A DNA stretch of 64,000 bases, taken from the NCBI GenBank assembly GCA_036172245.1, contig JAYWIR010000081.1:186001-250000 (forward strand), given 5' to 3'. Origin of the DNA: Raillietiella orientalis (taxonomy: Eukaryota). The notes under the pieces were generated by a model. It worked only from the letters and a program-made list of their open reading frames with translations, did no database searches and was not told where the DNA came from. Shown piece after piece: positions 1 through 12,300 of this stretch (within the stretch, counting starts at the first letter, position 1; every line of letters begins with the position of its first letter). Position numbers and translations under genes: made by a program.

Positions 1-403
1 TCGAGAGCGCGCATGACCTTCGAAAAGGCGCGCTTCTCTCTAAAGAATAGAGATTGCCTACCTTGTAGAACAATGAGGGGTTATACCCCTACTCAACATA
101 GGCCGACAATTCCGCCGCGGCTGCAGGCGATGGCGCCGACACAACGGCGCTCCACGCCCGTGCCGCAGCGGGGACCGATTCTGTGGGTCCGGATGCCCCA
201 CCTCCATCGCCAGTGGGGGCGAAGTTGCCGCCGCCCCCTGGCTCTCCATCGCCTCTGGAGGCGGCGTTGCCTCTGTCCCCTGGCCATCCCTGGTGGTCTC
301 GTCAGTCATCGCTTCCTGATCGACTACCGAACGACACGACGCTTGCACTGGGGGACACTTCCTGGCACGAGGAGCACCAAGAAAACACATCCACCCTGGA
401 GCA
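1..403 (-). mobile_element. LINE family A, 5' end and start of ORF1 (runs off window edge)
   Basis: Homologous to 18925-19320 (MTDETTRDGQG...EAMESQGAAATSP); 5' motif GGATGTGTTTTC; abuts host RT at the KAFD codons. Confidence 0.85.
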
Positions 404-1470
404 CGCAAGGCGGTCGACTTCGTGGACCAGGAGCTTTTGTTGGAGCTCCTGGGTCGCATGGGCTTCCCACCCTTCCTACTAACCTACCTTCGCTCTTGCT
501 GGCGCAACGCTATAATCAACGTCTCTTTCAGTAGTTAACAAGTGTACGGCGTGCCGGTGCGACGGGGCATCAGGCAGGGCGATAGCCTTAGTCCCCTGCT
601 CTTCAGCTCCTACTTCCAGTTTGTGCTGAGAGCATACAGGGTGACTTTGGCTGCTTTGCCGAGCTCGTGCCCCGGCACGCACGCCGTAGCGGCTTACGCC
701 GATGATCTTCTGCTCCTTTGGCCCATGTTCGCCCCGGTAACCGCAGTCGAGGACTTCTTCGACCTGTTAAGTCGTGGGACTGGACTACGGGTAAATAAGG
801 CAAGGTCATCGGTGGTAGCGGCTGGTGCGACGTGGGTCGGACGGCCTGACTGGATCCGTTTGTGGATCCCCATGGCGAGGTGCTTGAAGTTCCTTGGTGT
901 GCCGTTGGGGGACTATTCCCCTTAGGAAGCGTGGTCGGGACGTCTCCGGAAAGTAGAGTTGGAGATCGTCCCGTTCTTGGAAGACAGGTTTCTCCTTCCG
1001 GAACGGTCCGCGGTGTGAAACGCGTTCGCGGCTTCCATCCTCCAGCCCCTGCTTTTTGTTTGCCCCGTCCCGCTGCAGTTGACGAAACGGACGAAGGACC
1101 TGCAAATGATCGCCCTTTGGGGAAGAGGGAGGCCCTGACTCCCGTTGATGAACTTGTGTGCTCCGCGTCGGGATGGCGGTCTCGGTCTCTTGACGCTGGA
1201 GAGAGTGGAGTCTCAGCTGCGATTACGTACCCTGGCCATCGCAGCGAAGTTATGGAGCACCCCTAGGTGCATTCAGACCCGCCTTCTAGCCAGCCGTGTG
1301 TCCCGCTGCGATGGACTCGCATCTTTTCTTCTGCGCCCAGGCCAGAAGATAAGAAGATGCGGCCTACAGCTCGGGCGCGTGGCAACATTGGTCAAGGAGA
1401 ACGTCTGGATGGCATGCAGTTCCGCCAACTCCTCCGCATGGCTGGAATAATCTGTCTGAATTAAAGTCCC
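404..1470 (+). pseudogene. Degenerate LINE ORF2 fragment (RT domain, B/G-type), host of the family A insertion
   Basis: KAxDFVDQELL, RRGIRQGDSLSPLLF, AYADDLLL, LKFLGVPLG, APRRDGGLGL; in-frame stops. Confidence 0.9.
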
Positions 1471-1479
1471 CAGCGATCA

Positions 1480-2378
1480 GGTGTGCCTTCCGCACGTTCG
1501 TATCGGCCAGCCATTCGCGCTCTTTTGTCGTTCAATTGTGCGACATCGAACCGGAAATCTCCGACCGCGATGTTGTAAGCGTGCTGGCGAAGTTCGCCAA
1601 AGTGCACGCCCTGTAGAGGATGCCGAACCCTTTGAAGGATTCCTCCTTTGTCCACATCGGACAAGCCTCCGCTCGGATCACCGTCGCGAACAGGCGTGTT
1701 GTGCCTGAGCAGCTGCAGTTGAACGGCACGGTCGTTCATCTGTGATTTATAGACCAAACTCGCGCGTGCAAGCAGTGAGGCAAGAATGGGCTCCGAATTA
1801 AAGAGTGCCCCTCTCCTAGATGCCGTTATTGCAAAGATTCCGGGCACGAAATCAAAAAATGCTCGGTACTTGCACGAAAAAGAGCCGCATCGGAAATTCG
1901 TCGGGTTGAAGAGACCACTGCACGAAAAGCCGCAGCGGCAAATAAAAAAAGTCGTCGGCAAAAACTCGGAAAAAACAACGAGCGATCCACGGATGAAAAG
2001 AAAGCATCCCCGCCCGCAACGCCCCTAAACTGGAAAGTCACGGCGGAGAAGACAATAAAAGGGGCGCGAGGGTTTGACGCGTGCCGTGCCTTTCCTCTCT
2101 GCCGAACTCGCAGGCAACTCTCCGAGCCAGGAACCAGGAAATCTCCGTAACACCCTAAAGGGAAAGGTAGAAAAACAAAAAGATCGCAACAGTACGAAGA
2201 GTTTTAGCCCCGTTCCTTTGTCCCTTCCGAGTTCCGGACAGCCCCACTGCAGCGTAGGCCTTTCTTCAGAGGCTACGAAAGCCGTAAAAGCAGCGTCGCA
2301 GCAAGCAAAAGCACGCTGCATGCAGTCGCCCCTTCGCCAACTCGGCAGGTTCCCCCAACTCCCACAAAAGGTGGAGTA
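1480..2378 (+). pseudogene. LINE ORF1 fragment (RRM-like region plus zinc knuckles), probably the 5' part of the family E copy that resumes at about 7870
   Basis: Manual translation SFVVQLCDIEPEISD...KFAKVHAL...CKQ*GK..C..CRYCKDSGHEIKKC resembles ORF1 at 27346-29199; link to E is inferred from position. Confidence 0.65.
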
Positions 2379-2661
2379 AATTTATTTTTCAAAAATTTTT
2401 CTACAAAAACATTCACACTGCAGTCTCATTCATACCATTTGCAGTGTCTTTACAACTCTGAGGTCCATGGGTTCACAAGTTCTCCACTCATGGTGCGTTT
2501 CCTGATGTTTGGTCCTGGGCGTCGTCTTCTATCATCTTCAGGATAAATCAATACGTCCAGGCTTGGAATTTCCCACAGTTTCTAATGCGGATTTCCCTCT
2601 ACAGAAGCCCTTGTAGGATCTCAATCGGTGGTGCGGCTCTTCTGGCTTTCCTCATTTTCCA

Positions 2662-5600
2662 CTACCGCACAAGTATGCCGGTGATGAAGAGGGCGCTGGT
2701 CGTCCTCACCATGGGAATGTAACAGGGAACATTACCATCCCCCTGAAACATCACGGCGATGCTCTCCATTACGGATCTGTTCGTGAGTCCGATGATCCTT
2801 TTTAGGATCAGCCAGTCATGCAGCAATGTAAGACAGGTCAAGACGCGAAGACTCGTGTCGTTGTCATCACATGCCGTGCATTCTCGATCTTCCCTTCTTC
2901 CGGTATAGTACTGCAATCGGGACCCACTCTGGATTCCTCCATGAGAAAACATCAGGAGGTCATCCTGGGTGCCCTGCGTTAGGTCACTTCTCCAGAGCAT
3001 CGTGCCGATCGCTAGCAGATTGATCCGGTCACTTCCGTAGATATCGCCGGCTTCCTGGAGGGCACTGATGTGACGGACTTCTTCCCGAATTAATCTTCGG
3101 AGGTTTGTTTTGAATACCCTGGAGCACGCGAAGTCGTTGTGGTTGATCCACACCTCGCGGGTCATGTGGGTAAACCTTCCTAACATCATCTTTATATACC
3201 TAAGTATAAAAGGGTGATGTAGGTACCCTTCTCGTTTTCAGTACTGGATTCGTTGTAGTTTAACTCTGGACCGCTTATGGATCAAGCTTCTCGTGTCCGG
3301 CGGGACAGGAAGCATCCAAGAGATCACCAGGATAGTCTCGTTTTTTTAGAGTTCCCTACTTTTCGGCACGATCTTGATTTTGTGCTTTCGCACTAGTTGT
3401 TGCTACCTCGTGCAGATTGGGTCGATTTTTATCCATTTGCCTGCTCCGCCTAGCAGCGCAGTCATCAGTCCTTTCCAGTTGTTCAACAACAACGCGTAGG
3501 CCCTGGGCGACGCATACAGCCATTTATCCCAGTAAGTGGCAATGTCCAGAATGTGTCGCGTATCCATGATTTCTATGGACTGTGCAAGCGAATTCATCCC
3601 TGAACCGCCTTCTTACTTGGGACAACACAGGTTTTAGTCGAACTCTGGGGCGATAGTGGCCATACAATGTTTTTCTCTGCAGCTTGTCGAACTCCCTCGT
3701 GGTTTCCTTGTTCATCCTCGCGAAGGCTTCCTCGAAGAGCACTTTGAGAAGGAGTACTCCATTCCATATGTTGGCCTTTCGCTTCATTCCAAGGTCCATT
3801 CCTGTGTACTTGGCTGCTTCCTTGTCCGTTTTCCCTAGGATCTACGTCCACAATAGCTTCGACGCGAAGACGTCGCCAATGTAGACACCCAGGTACTTGG
3901 CCTTGTCCACCGTTCATAATCCTCTTCCCGCTAGAGCAGAGAGATCGAGGATTCCAACAGGCAAGAGCTGGCTTTTCTGGGCGTTGATCTTTAGACCCAG
4001 ACCTTGATCCCTCAGGTCTACCACATCCAGAAACGCTCGTTGATTTCTCTTTCCCTTGATACACAAGAGTAGAACATCAACGTATGCCAGATGGGTAAGA
4101 CGCTGGCTATCTATTGTTATGCCTTGCAGTCGTCCGCTTTTCTCGATAAAGGACGACAACGCCTTCATGTAGATGACGAACAACATCGGACTTAGCGAAT
4201 CGCCCTGCCGGACTCCCCGTCTCATCCGGATTGCTGCCGTCTCCTGGCCGTTGACTTTGATTCGGCAGTACTGCTTCTGGAGTACCACCCTCACAAAGTT
4301 GCTGGAGTGTTTCGGAAGGCCTACCTTTTCCAGAACTTTCAGCAGCTTCCCATGGTCGATAGAGTCGAAAGCCTTCTCTACGTCAGTGAACAGCAGAGCG
4401 AGGTTCTCCACGACGTATCGGGTGATTCCGACGGTGACCTGAGCACACTTGACATTGTCCGACATGAGACGTCCAGGGACTGCACACGTTCATACTGGAC
4501 AGATGAGCCTCAACATGACCTTGCCTGAGCGGTTGGACCAGATCATCGCCAAAGACCTGACATCGGAGTTCAGGATCGAGATTGGCCTCCATTGAGCGAG
4601 CTGCGTGAGGTAACCTCGATTTGGCAACAATCTCATCCGACTCTCGTATTAGGACTGTAGAAGTCTTCCTTCTTCGCGGATGCAGAGGGTCAACTGGTGG
4701 AACAAACGCAGGTAAGCATGCAGGTACCGCTGATAGTGAGTGATGGGTACGCTGTCAGGGACCGCTGCCACGTCCTTGCGTAGTTGACCAAACGCGGTCT
4801 TCACCTCGTCTTCGGAGAACTCCTCCTCCAGTCTGTTTCGCTGTAGATCGTCGGTCCTCTTCTCGAGATAGCTCAGAAAGGCTTGTTGACTAGAACGATA
4901 GAGATGTTGTCGCCTGAAGTGCTTCGTGTAAAGCCTGTGAAAGGCTTCCACGATATTTTCGGACAACTGTCGCTCTTGACCGTCGTACAGGATGCAGAAG
5001 ATATCTGTTGCAAGATTTCCCTTTTTATGATGTTGAAGACGTACCGACTCTCGTACTGATCGAAGTACTTTGAGAGTAACCGATGTTGGATGTTCTGCTC
5101 TCGGTACGCGTCCTGCCTCAAGCGACTATCCCCGAATTGCATCTTTGCAAACCGGTGTATCCTGTTCTGCATGCTGTCCCAGTCGGCGACTCTTCTGATT
5201 TTTGTGGTCTTCAGATTCGTCTCCAGGACCTGCTGATGTCGAGGATGTGTCTCAAACCAGGAGGGCATGCTGATGAGCGCCGCCCTGGTGCCTTGCCTCC
5301 GCCGAGGATTCTCCGTTCTTAGGAAAAACCGAACCAGGGGATGATCGGACAACGTGGTCATAATGTCTCGAAAACCCTGGATGCGATTCCCAAGTTCGCT
5401 GCTGTGCAGGACGTGATCGATCGGATTGTGAATTGCAGTTCGCCACACGAGTTCGAACTCTTCGGATAACCGCCCATACGCCGTCCTTCTACTGGCGTCT
5501 CCGGAGAGAGTGATCTCATCAATATCTTGAGATCGTCAGCAACAATCACGACGGCCTTGGGAGCAACCTTGTCACGGAGTGGTGCATGCAGCGCCTCCGC

Positions 5601-5972
5601 ACAACGATGTTTTATACTGTGCGGCCCGCACGCGTTCACCAGGATGAGGTGAACAGTAGCGGACCAGGCCAGTCGCACGCCGATGATTCGTCCGCCGTCC
5701 ATATCCAGAATAGTGAAGGCCAAGTTGTTCTTGATTAGGACCGCCACACCCTGCGTGTTTCGTTCTCCTTCGCTGACGAACATCTGTTTGTGGAATCGTC
5801 GTTCCATTTGCTGACTAATCACGAGACCCATCTTGTCTGTGTACTGCAGGCACACTATGTCTTGTTGAGCGATGGTCCGCACAATCCTTTTTCTTTTTCC
5901 CTGGTCGACCATACCGTTTACATTCCAGGAGGCGATGTTGAGCCTCCTGGCGGTCGATAGGGAAGAGGCCAT
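2662..5972 (-). pseudogene. Family J ORF2 (APE endonuclease plus RT), multiply frameshifted
   Basis: ORF pieces 5358..6077, 4873..5448, 4649..4966, 4383..4592, 3914..4465, 2662..3189 give collinear EN and RT motifs. Confidence 0.85.
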
Positions 5973-5985
5973 AAAAGGGGGAGAC

Positions 5986-7751
5986 CTATTTTTTGGCCTT
6001 CCTGAGCTTCTTTTGTCTGAGAGAGCGTGCTCTTCCAGACAATGAAGAAGCAGCGGGCTTCTCGCTGCCGGCGTCACTCTCTGTTCCAGTGAGGTCGGTA
6101 ATTTCCGTCTCCTCCGTAGAGTGTTCGGCCCGCGCGTTTAATTTTCGAGATAGCGCCTCTATCTCGACATTGGCGCAGAAGTTCGCCTTTACGTCGAGAA
6201 GCTGTTCCTCTAGCTTTTCGCGCTCGGGGACCTTCACAACCTGGTTGACCTTCTCCTGTGCATTGCAGACCTTCTGCAAGATTTTCTCTTGCTGGGGACC
6301 GCTCTGAACCTCCATGTCTTCATTAGCCAGTGATGCTAGCTCCTTCGTAGATTGCAGAGCCTCCTGCGACAGTGGAGTGGCTTCGGCTATTTCTTCTTCC
6401 GCGCCTTCTTGCGCTACCTCCATCTAATCGCCTTCTGGCTCTTCACCTTCCAGGATAAGAAGGTTTCTTGCTCCTTGAGGAGCATCCTCCACTTTCCCTT
6501 CTTCCCTACCTGTATTAAGCCGTCTTCCGATACCGTGACGGCTTATTTCACCTTCTTTGGTCTTCCTGCTTTCTTAGGCTGTTCCGCCTCCTTGGTGTTT
6601 CTTTCTCTCACGGAAGAGAGACCTCGAATCCTTCTGCAGTTTGCAAACTTCGGACAGCTCCATTTGGCATGTCCGCGTTTCTTGCAGAAGGAGAACACCT
6701 CCGGCTGCGGACAGTTTCGGACTTGATGTCCTACTCAGCCGCAGCATAAACAACGACACGTTGGGCAAGCGCCGGCCCTGCGGCCAAACTCCTTGCACGC
6801 GGTGCAGAATATCGACTGTCGGCGGTAACGCACGTTCACACCCTGGGATCGTTCGTCAAGAACGGCTAATCCAGGAATAACAGCTCCCTCTTTCTACTTC
6901 ATTTCGGCGATCATGTCGCCAGAAAATATATTTCCAGAGAAGTTCTGGAATTCAAGGTCCAGAACTTCCCCATACTGCTCCAAAAAGTTCCACACCGATA
7001 GTTGCGGTGTGAGGATGGAGATCCCGTTCAGAAAGACGGTTGTGTATGGCATTTCGCCAATACTACAAACCATACTCCCTTGTATATTGATCCCCTTCTG
7101 GATCAATCGCTCTCTAATATTTTCACAGTCTGTGATGACTGTGAACCCGTTATTTGCCGGTATGATCGCCTGTATGCGATCAAAATTGATATCGGTTTTA
7201 TCCAGGGACAGAGACACCTTCCTAATATTATTCAACTTGATCAGCCTAATATTGAAAATGATGGGCTTCACATTCGGCCCTAATTCCACGATCGGCCGAT
7301 CCACCTTTTGGACTTTACCGCATAGCGGCTTCCCGAATTTTCTTGGTGGGTGGACACTCGCTTGTCCAGCCGCCACCGACGCATAGTAAAAGTGCTGCGC
7401 TGCCGCAGCTGAACAAGATGGCGTCTCGCGCTGAACCGCGTGGACGCCCGCGGGTCCTGCCTGGGACGTAACCGCCGCGAGCGCAATCCTCGACGTCGCC
7501 ACCGTTGCCGACGCGGGCGGCACCCCCGGCATCCCCGCCGCGGGCACGATCCTCGGCGTCGCCGCCTCTGGCACGACCTCCGCCGTCGTTGCTGCGGGCA
7601 CGACCCTTGGCATCGCCGCCGCCGGCGCAGCAAAGCCAGCCGCGGGCGCGATCCTCGTCTTGCCTTCCACCGCCTCGCCGTTGCCGCACGTTACCTCCAT
7701 GGCTTCCATGGGGGACGACGTTCTCTCCACTCCTCCTCCAGGTGCCTGCAT
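5986..7751 (-). pseudogene. Family J ORF1 (Ala/Pro-rich N-terminus, RRM-like region, CCHC knuckles, coiled/acidic tail), disrupted
   Basis: ORF pieces 6894..7751 and 5986..6423; knuckles such as CKKRGHAKWSC; homologous copy at 63000-64000. Confidence 0.75.
7480..7650 (-). repeat. Degenerate ~27-bp coding tandem repeat (AAxPRxVPA) in family J ORF1
   Basis: AAMPRVVPAATTAEVVPEAATPRIVPAAGMPGVPP; similar array at about 63260-63420. Confidence 0.6.
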
Positions 7752-7870
7752 CCTGGCAGCTGGTCTTGCTGCACGGGATTACTGCAGGTCTTCCGCCGCG
7801 AACTCCTTGGCCCTTCTTTTGTAGTTTCTTCTGGAAACTTCCTTTCTCCGGGCGCACACGGGCACAATTA

Positions 7871-9365
7871 ACTGATTAAGTTGTCGAGCGCACAATACCT
7901 TGAGCCGCGAAGCAAGTTTACCGACTCGGCAGGAGAAGAGCAACCACCCGACTGCCAAGAAGGTGACTCCGTTGCCACCTTTTAAAAGCGTAGCGAATGC
8001 ATCGCCTCCATAGAACGCAGCTGAAATCCCGGAAGTTTCCGCAAGTACTGCTGCAAAAACCTCAGAAAATCGCGAAGGCGAATAGAAGGTTGAGGAGAGG
8101 AGGAAAGAGAAATCTCCAAAAAAACTTCGCAACATCCATCCTTGAGGTCTTCCAAAGGAAAAAGCAGTCGCGCGAATACGAAAACACGCGGGGATTGCGC
8201 TTCTTTCCAGGAAACAGCCAGCGCCTTCAACGCGTGCAAGAGCGCTTCTGTGGCCGCCGAGAAAACCATTCCGGTGCAATCGGACCGATGCAAGCGCACG
8301 TCGATCGTGCGAGCATCAGACTTCACAAAGGAGTCCGATAGCGCCGACGAACGACGCGTTACTCGAGCGGGAGCGGGCGCCCGCATGGCTGAAGCACTGA
8401 AGCGTCACAAACTCGCCGCGGAACGGCGAGTGCTCACCCCGGAACCCCAATGTTCTGCACCCGAAAAGGAGCACTCGATTACGTGCTGCAGCACAGTTGA
8501 GGCCGGTGGCGACCGCGCCCTCAAGCCCGTCGTGCTGCTTACTGCCCGCTCGCCGGTTGAGGCGAGCACCACGGCCTCGCTTTCCAGTCCGTGATGATGG
8601 CAATCGCTTCTTTTCGTTTTGTTGCCGTGACGTCTTGCAACGGCAACGCGCTCCAACACAAGGAGAACCGGCGACTAGTGGCTCACGCTCTGCGCGCCTT
8701 TGACTTGACGCTCCTGCAGGAGATTCACAGCATCTCTGAAGAGCAGGCTGCCGAGGTGCGGTGTTGCACGTACGTAGGGCGTCGCTTTCCTCATGCGAGG
8801 AACTTTAGCGGGAGCGGTGCGCAGCGTCCGTTTCGACTGGGAAGGCCGAATGGGACACATTTTACTCAAGTGGTGCGACTCGATCGACCTTGTCGTAACC
8901 AACGTCTACGCGCCGAGCGGTGCTGGACGATGGGCCGAAAGGATGGAGTTCTTCGGTACCGTTTAAAGCCAGTGGTTCACTCGATCTCAGCCTACCGTGG
9001 CACATCTCATTGCTGGGGAATTTAACGTGCACCTGCTTTTCGAGAATAGCTCCCACAAAAGGGAAAAGTTGCTAGCGAAAGAGATGTGCGCGTCCGTGTA
9101 CGCGTGCAACTTGTTTGCTAGCGACCCTATTACGGAAACCTCACGGGAACACGTACTCCTTGCTTAACACTTCCTCTCTTGAGTGAGTCGGAGCTGTCCC
9201 CTCCCATCTGTGCTTTTAGAGCAAACAGGCTCGAGTTCGAGTGGCTCCCGCCAGGCAAGGGGCCTCCAAACTGTTTCTGGAGGATGCCGGCAGACTTGCT
9301 AAGGCACCCGTAGGCGGCTAAGCATCTTTGCCAGTACCTTCTCGGTTTTGCCATAAGGGAGTTTG
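7871..9365 (+). mobile_element. LINE family E fragment: ORF1 C-terminus plus APE domain, interrupted by family D and resuming at 14856-14960
   Basis: ORF1 ends SLSSP* overlapping ATG (TGATG, 8592-8596); LLQEIH, NVYAP, AGEFN; reading ...GFAIREF| continues |VDWDDLKRSVHEF at 14856; homologous to 61500-62990. Confidence 0.8.
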
Positions 9366-9366
9366 A

Positions 9367-12300
9367 TTTTCACCCGGTTGCTCCGGGGCGTGTATTCTTT
9401 GGAATAAAACAAAGGTTGGCGGCTGACCAGGTGGTCCGTCCACGCACTGGTATACAAAATTAAGCCTGCCGGGTCAAGGGTTCGTATTCCGGCACGGTCC
9501 ATCACGACGGCAAAGGGCCCAAGGACAAAACCAAAAATAAAAGAAAAAACAAGAAATATATAAAATCAAGATCTGGGGGGCACGGGAAGGAATCACAGTC
9601 TGCTGGGGGGCCGTTACATCCTTTGCAGCATGCCGGCAAGCTGTTTTTGAATGTTTGAATCCAGATGGGTCTATTTTGTCGTCGTCCGCATAAAGTCGGC
9701 TGCGCACTGCACGCAATCTTATCGCGAGGTCCTCCCGTTGCTTTGCTTCATGCACCGACTATCCCGCGAAAGCAGCACAGAGCTGCTAACGCGGCCGAGG
9801 GCCGAAGGGCGTCGCAAACGAAGAGGGATCTCATTGCGTCTCTGGGGTTGCCACAGGGGTTACCGATTGCTGCGGCAAAACGGTTCTAAAGGGGCCGAAG
9901 AGCCACACAATCCAAGAGGAGGTGAGTGAGAGACTCTAGTTCTCCACACCTCGCACAATTAGGGTTCACCGCTCCCCGAATCCAATGGTGTCGACGGGCG
10001 TTGCAGGGGAGTCCCCAATGCAGCACCTATAGCGCCGACTCCTGCTATTTTAAAGGGAGGGTATAGGTGTTCATAAGCACCAGGGCCCACTTTTATTGTT
10101 CCCGCGGAACATTAAGCAGATCGCTTCAGCGCAAAAGTCCAATATGGGTGGTAGTCCGGGCCGCGGTATCGCAGAGATTTCCCGTTTTCCATTCCCCGAT
10201 GTTTTTCTCTGTACCGGAGATTTTGATGTCAACATCCCATTTCGCGGCAGTGTTGCTGTTTAAATGTTTTGCGGGCAGAAACAGCATTGCAGCGAGGGGA
10301 GTTTTTCTTGCACACGCTCGTTTTTGAGGGCTCTCCAGGACCTCTTGGAGCGTCAGTCGTTTATTTCGGGCGGAGAATTGTCTTTGCCCTTCTTGGGTGC
10401 GTTGCTGTGTGCTCCTTACCCACGTCTGAACCGTTTCCTGCACCCATGCAGGTCCGTTAACGGGACAACAGCAGAGCCATCCTGCGTGATTCCTCATCAG
10501 GTCAGCCACTCTCAGTAGCTGCAACCCGCAGTGACCGACTTGGCGGCGCCGACGGAGTGCAAGGAAGGATGACAGTCCCACCTTGCCTGTAGCCAGCTCG
10601 ACGAGGAGACGTGCGGGCTCGCACCAACTGCTACTCCAATATATCTCCACTAGGGCGAGTAACGGAAACTGGAGCTGGAGCTGCAGCCGCTCTAGCGTCA
10701 GGAGGCTCAGACCTCCGTGCCGACGCGGAGCGCTCATGTCCTCAAGCCTGCCTCGGGACCTCCCATAACCCACAGGGCAATCCTTACGAGGTCCTTCGTC
10801 CGCTTTTTAGTCTCTGTGGTAAGGGTACAAACAAAAAGCAGGGAACGAAGGAGGGGCGTTGCGAATGCGTTCTACACCGCTGCCCGTTCCGGCTGGAAAA
10901 ACCTGTGGCCTTGGAACGGGCCCAACGCCGTTTCTACCTTTTGAAGGCAGCTTGACCACGCATCCGAAGGGAGATAATCACCCATCGGTAAACCGAGGTA
11001 CTTGAAGTACCGTACCGTGGGAATCCCTAAACTGACCCAGTCCGGCTGCCCTGCCCAAGCCGCACCGATTGGCATGGCGGACAACTTCGCCCTGTTGACC
11101 TCAAGCCCGAATCCCCGACTTAGCAGGTCAAAGAACTCGACCGCCGATGCCGGGGTGGACATAGGAAGCAGCAGCAGTAGGTCGTCCGCATATGCTGACA
11201 CCGCGGGCGTACCGGGAAAGTCGCGCGGCAGGTGCGCTAGAGCTTTCCTGTACGCTCTCAGTACCAACTCGAAGTAGGTACTGAAGAGCAAGGGACTCAG
11301 GCTGTCTCCCTGCCGTATCCCGCGTCGCACCGGAACGCTGTGCACGGTGTGTCCACTGAAAAAGATCTTGATCAGCGCGTCGCGCCATTAGAATCGCAGG
11401 TAGGTCAGAAAAGAGACCGGGAAGCCCAAGCGTTCCAGGAGCTACTGGAGGAGCCTCTGGTCGACTCAGTCGAATGCTTTATGCAAATCGACTGCGACTG
11501 CGAGGGCTCCCTCCCCCCCCAAAAATCCCATTTCCTAGCGGTCTACCTTCCGGAAGTCCGGTTGCCCATCCTGACCGTTTTCTGCTGGAGCGCGAGAAAC
11601 ATGCTGGCGAGGAACAGGTTGGCATCCATGCTCCGCCCGGGAACAGCATATGTCTGCTCCGGGCTAATGAAGCTTTCCGCTTACCGCTCAAGCGTTCAGC
11701 CCACAATTTCGTTAGCAACTTGGAGTCCGCGTTCATCACGGTAATCGGCCGCCGGTTGCTCATGCTCTGAAGGTTTCCTTCCTTAGGGAGGAGACCCACC
11801 TTTGCCGAACGAAACCAGGCGGGGACATCGCCCGTTTCGGGGATCAGCAAGATGAGTTTCTTCATCAGAGTAGTGAGTTCTGCCGCAAAACATTGAAAAA
11901 TTTATGCTGGCAGGCCGTCCTACCCTGGAGCCATCCGCCTCTTGAGCTTTCCGATGGTCGAGATGATCTCGCCCATCGTAAAAGGCTCGTCAAGGGACTT
12001 TCTATCTTCCTCCCCGATCGCCTGAGGGTCTTCCGGAAGAAGAAGTCTCTAGAAATCCCGTTCCGGTGCAGAGCGCGCGTACAGGGAGGAGTAGAATTTT
12101 TTTAATAAGCCTTTTACCTGGGCGGGGGCCGATTGCTTTGAGCCCTGTTCGTCCAGTAAGCTAGCCGACCCGGATTGCCACGCCTGCCTCTCGGCTGTCG
12201 CACGGTATTCGGCTAGCCTGCGTACGTCTGGTGTTCGCACGTAACGTCGCGATTGTAAATACCATCTCTCGTTACGCACGCTTCCACCAAACCCGGCAGG

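Larger units (their letters stand above)
2380..7870 (-). mobile_element. LINE family J, near full-length (about 5.5 kb), divergent L1/Tx1-like, degenerate
   Basis: ORF1 about 7751-5986 with three Cys/His knuckles near 6660-6800; ORF2 from 5972 (IASWNVNG, VCLQ, DVEKAFD, RQGDSLSP, AYVDV, KYLG, C-terminal CxxC); AATAAA at 2386-2381. Confidence 0.85.
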
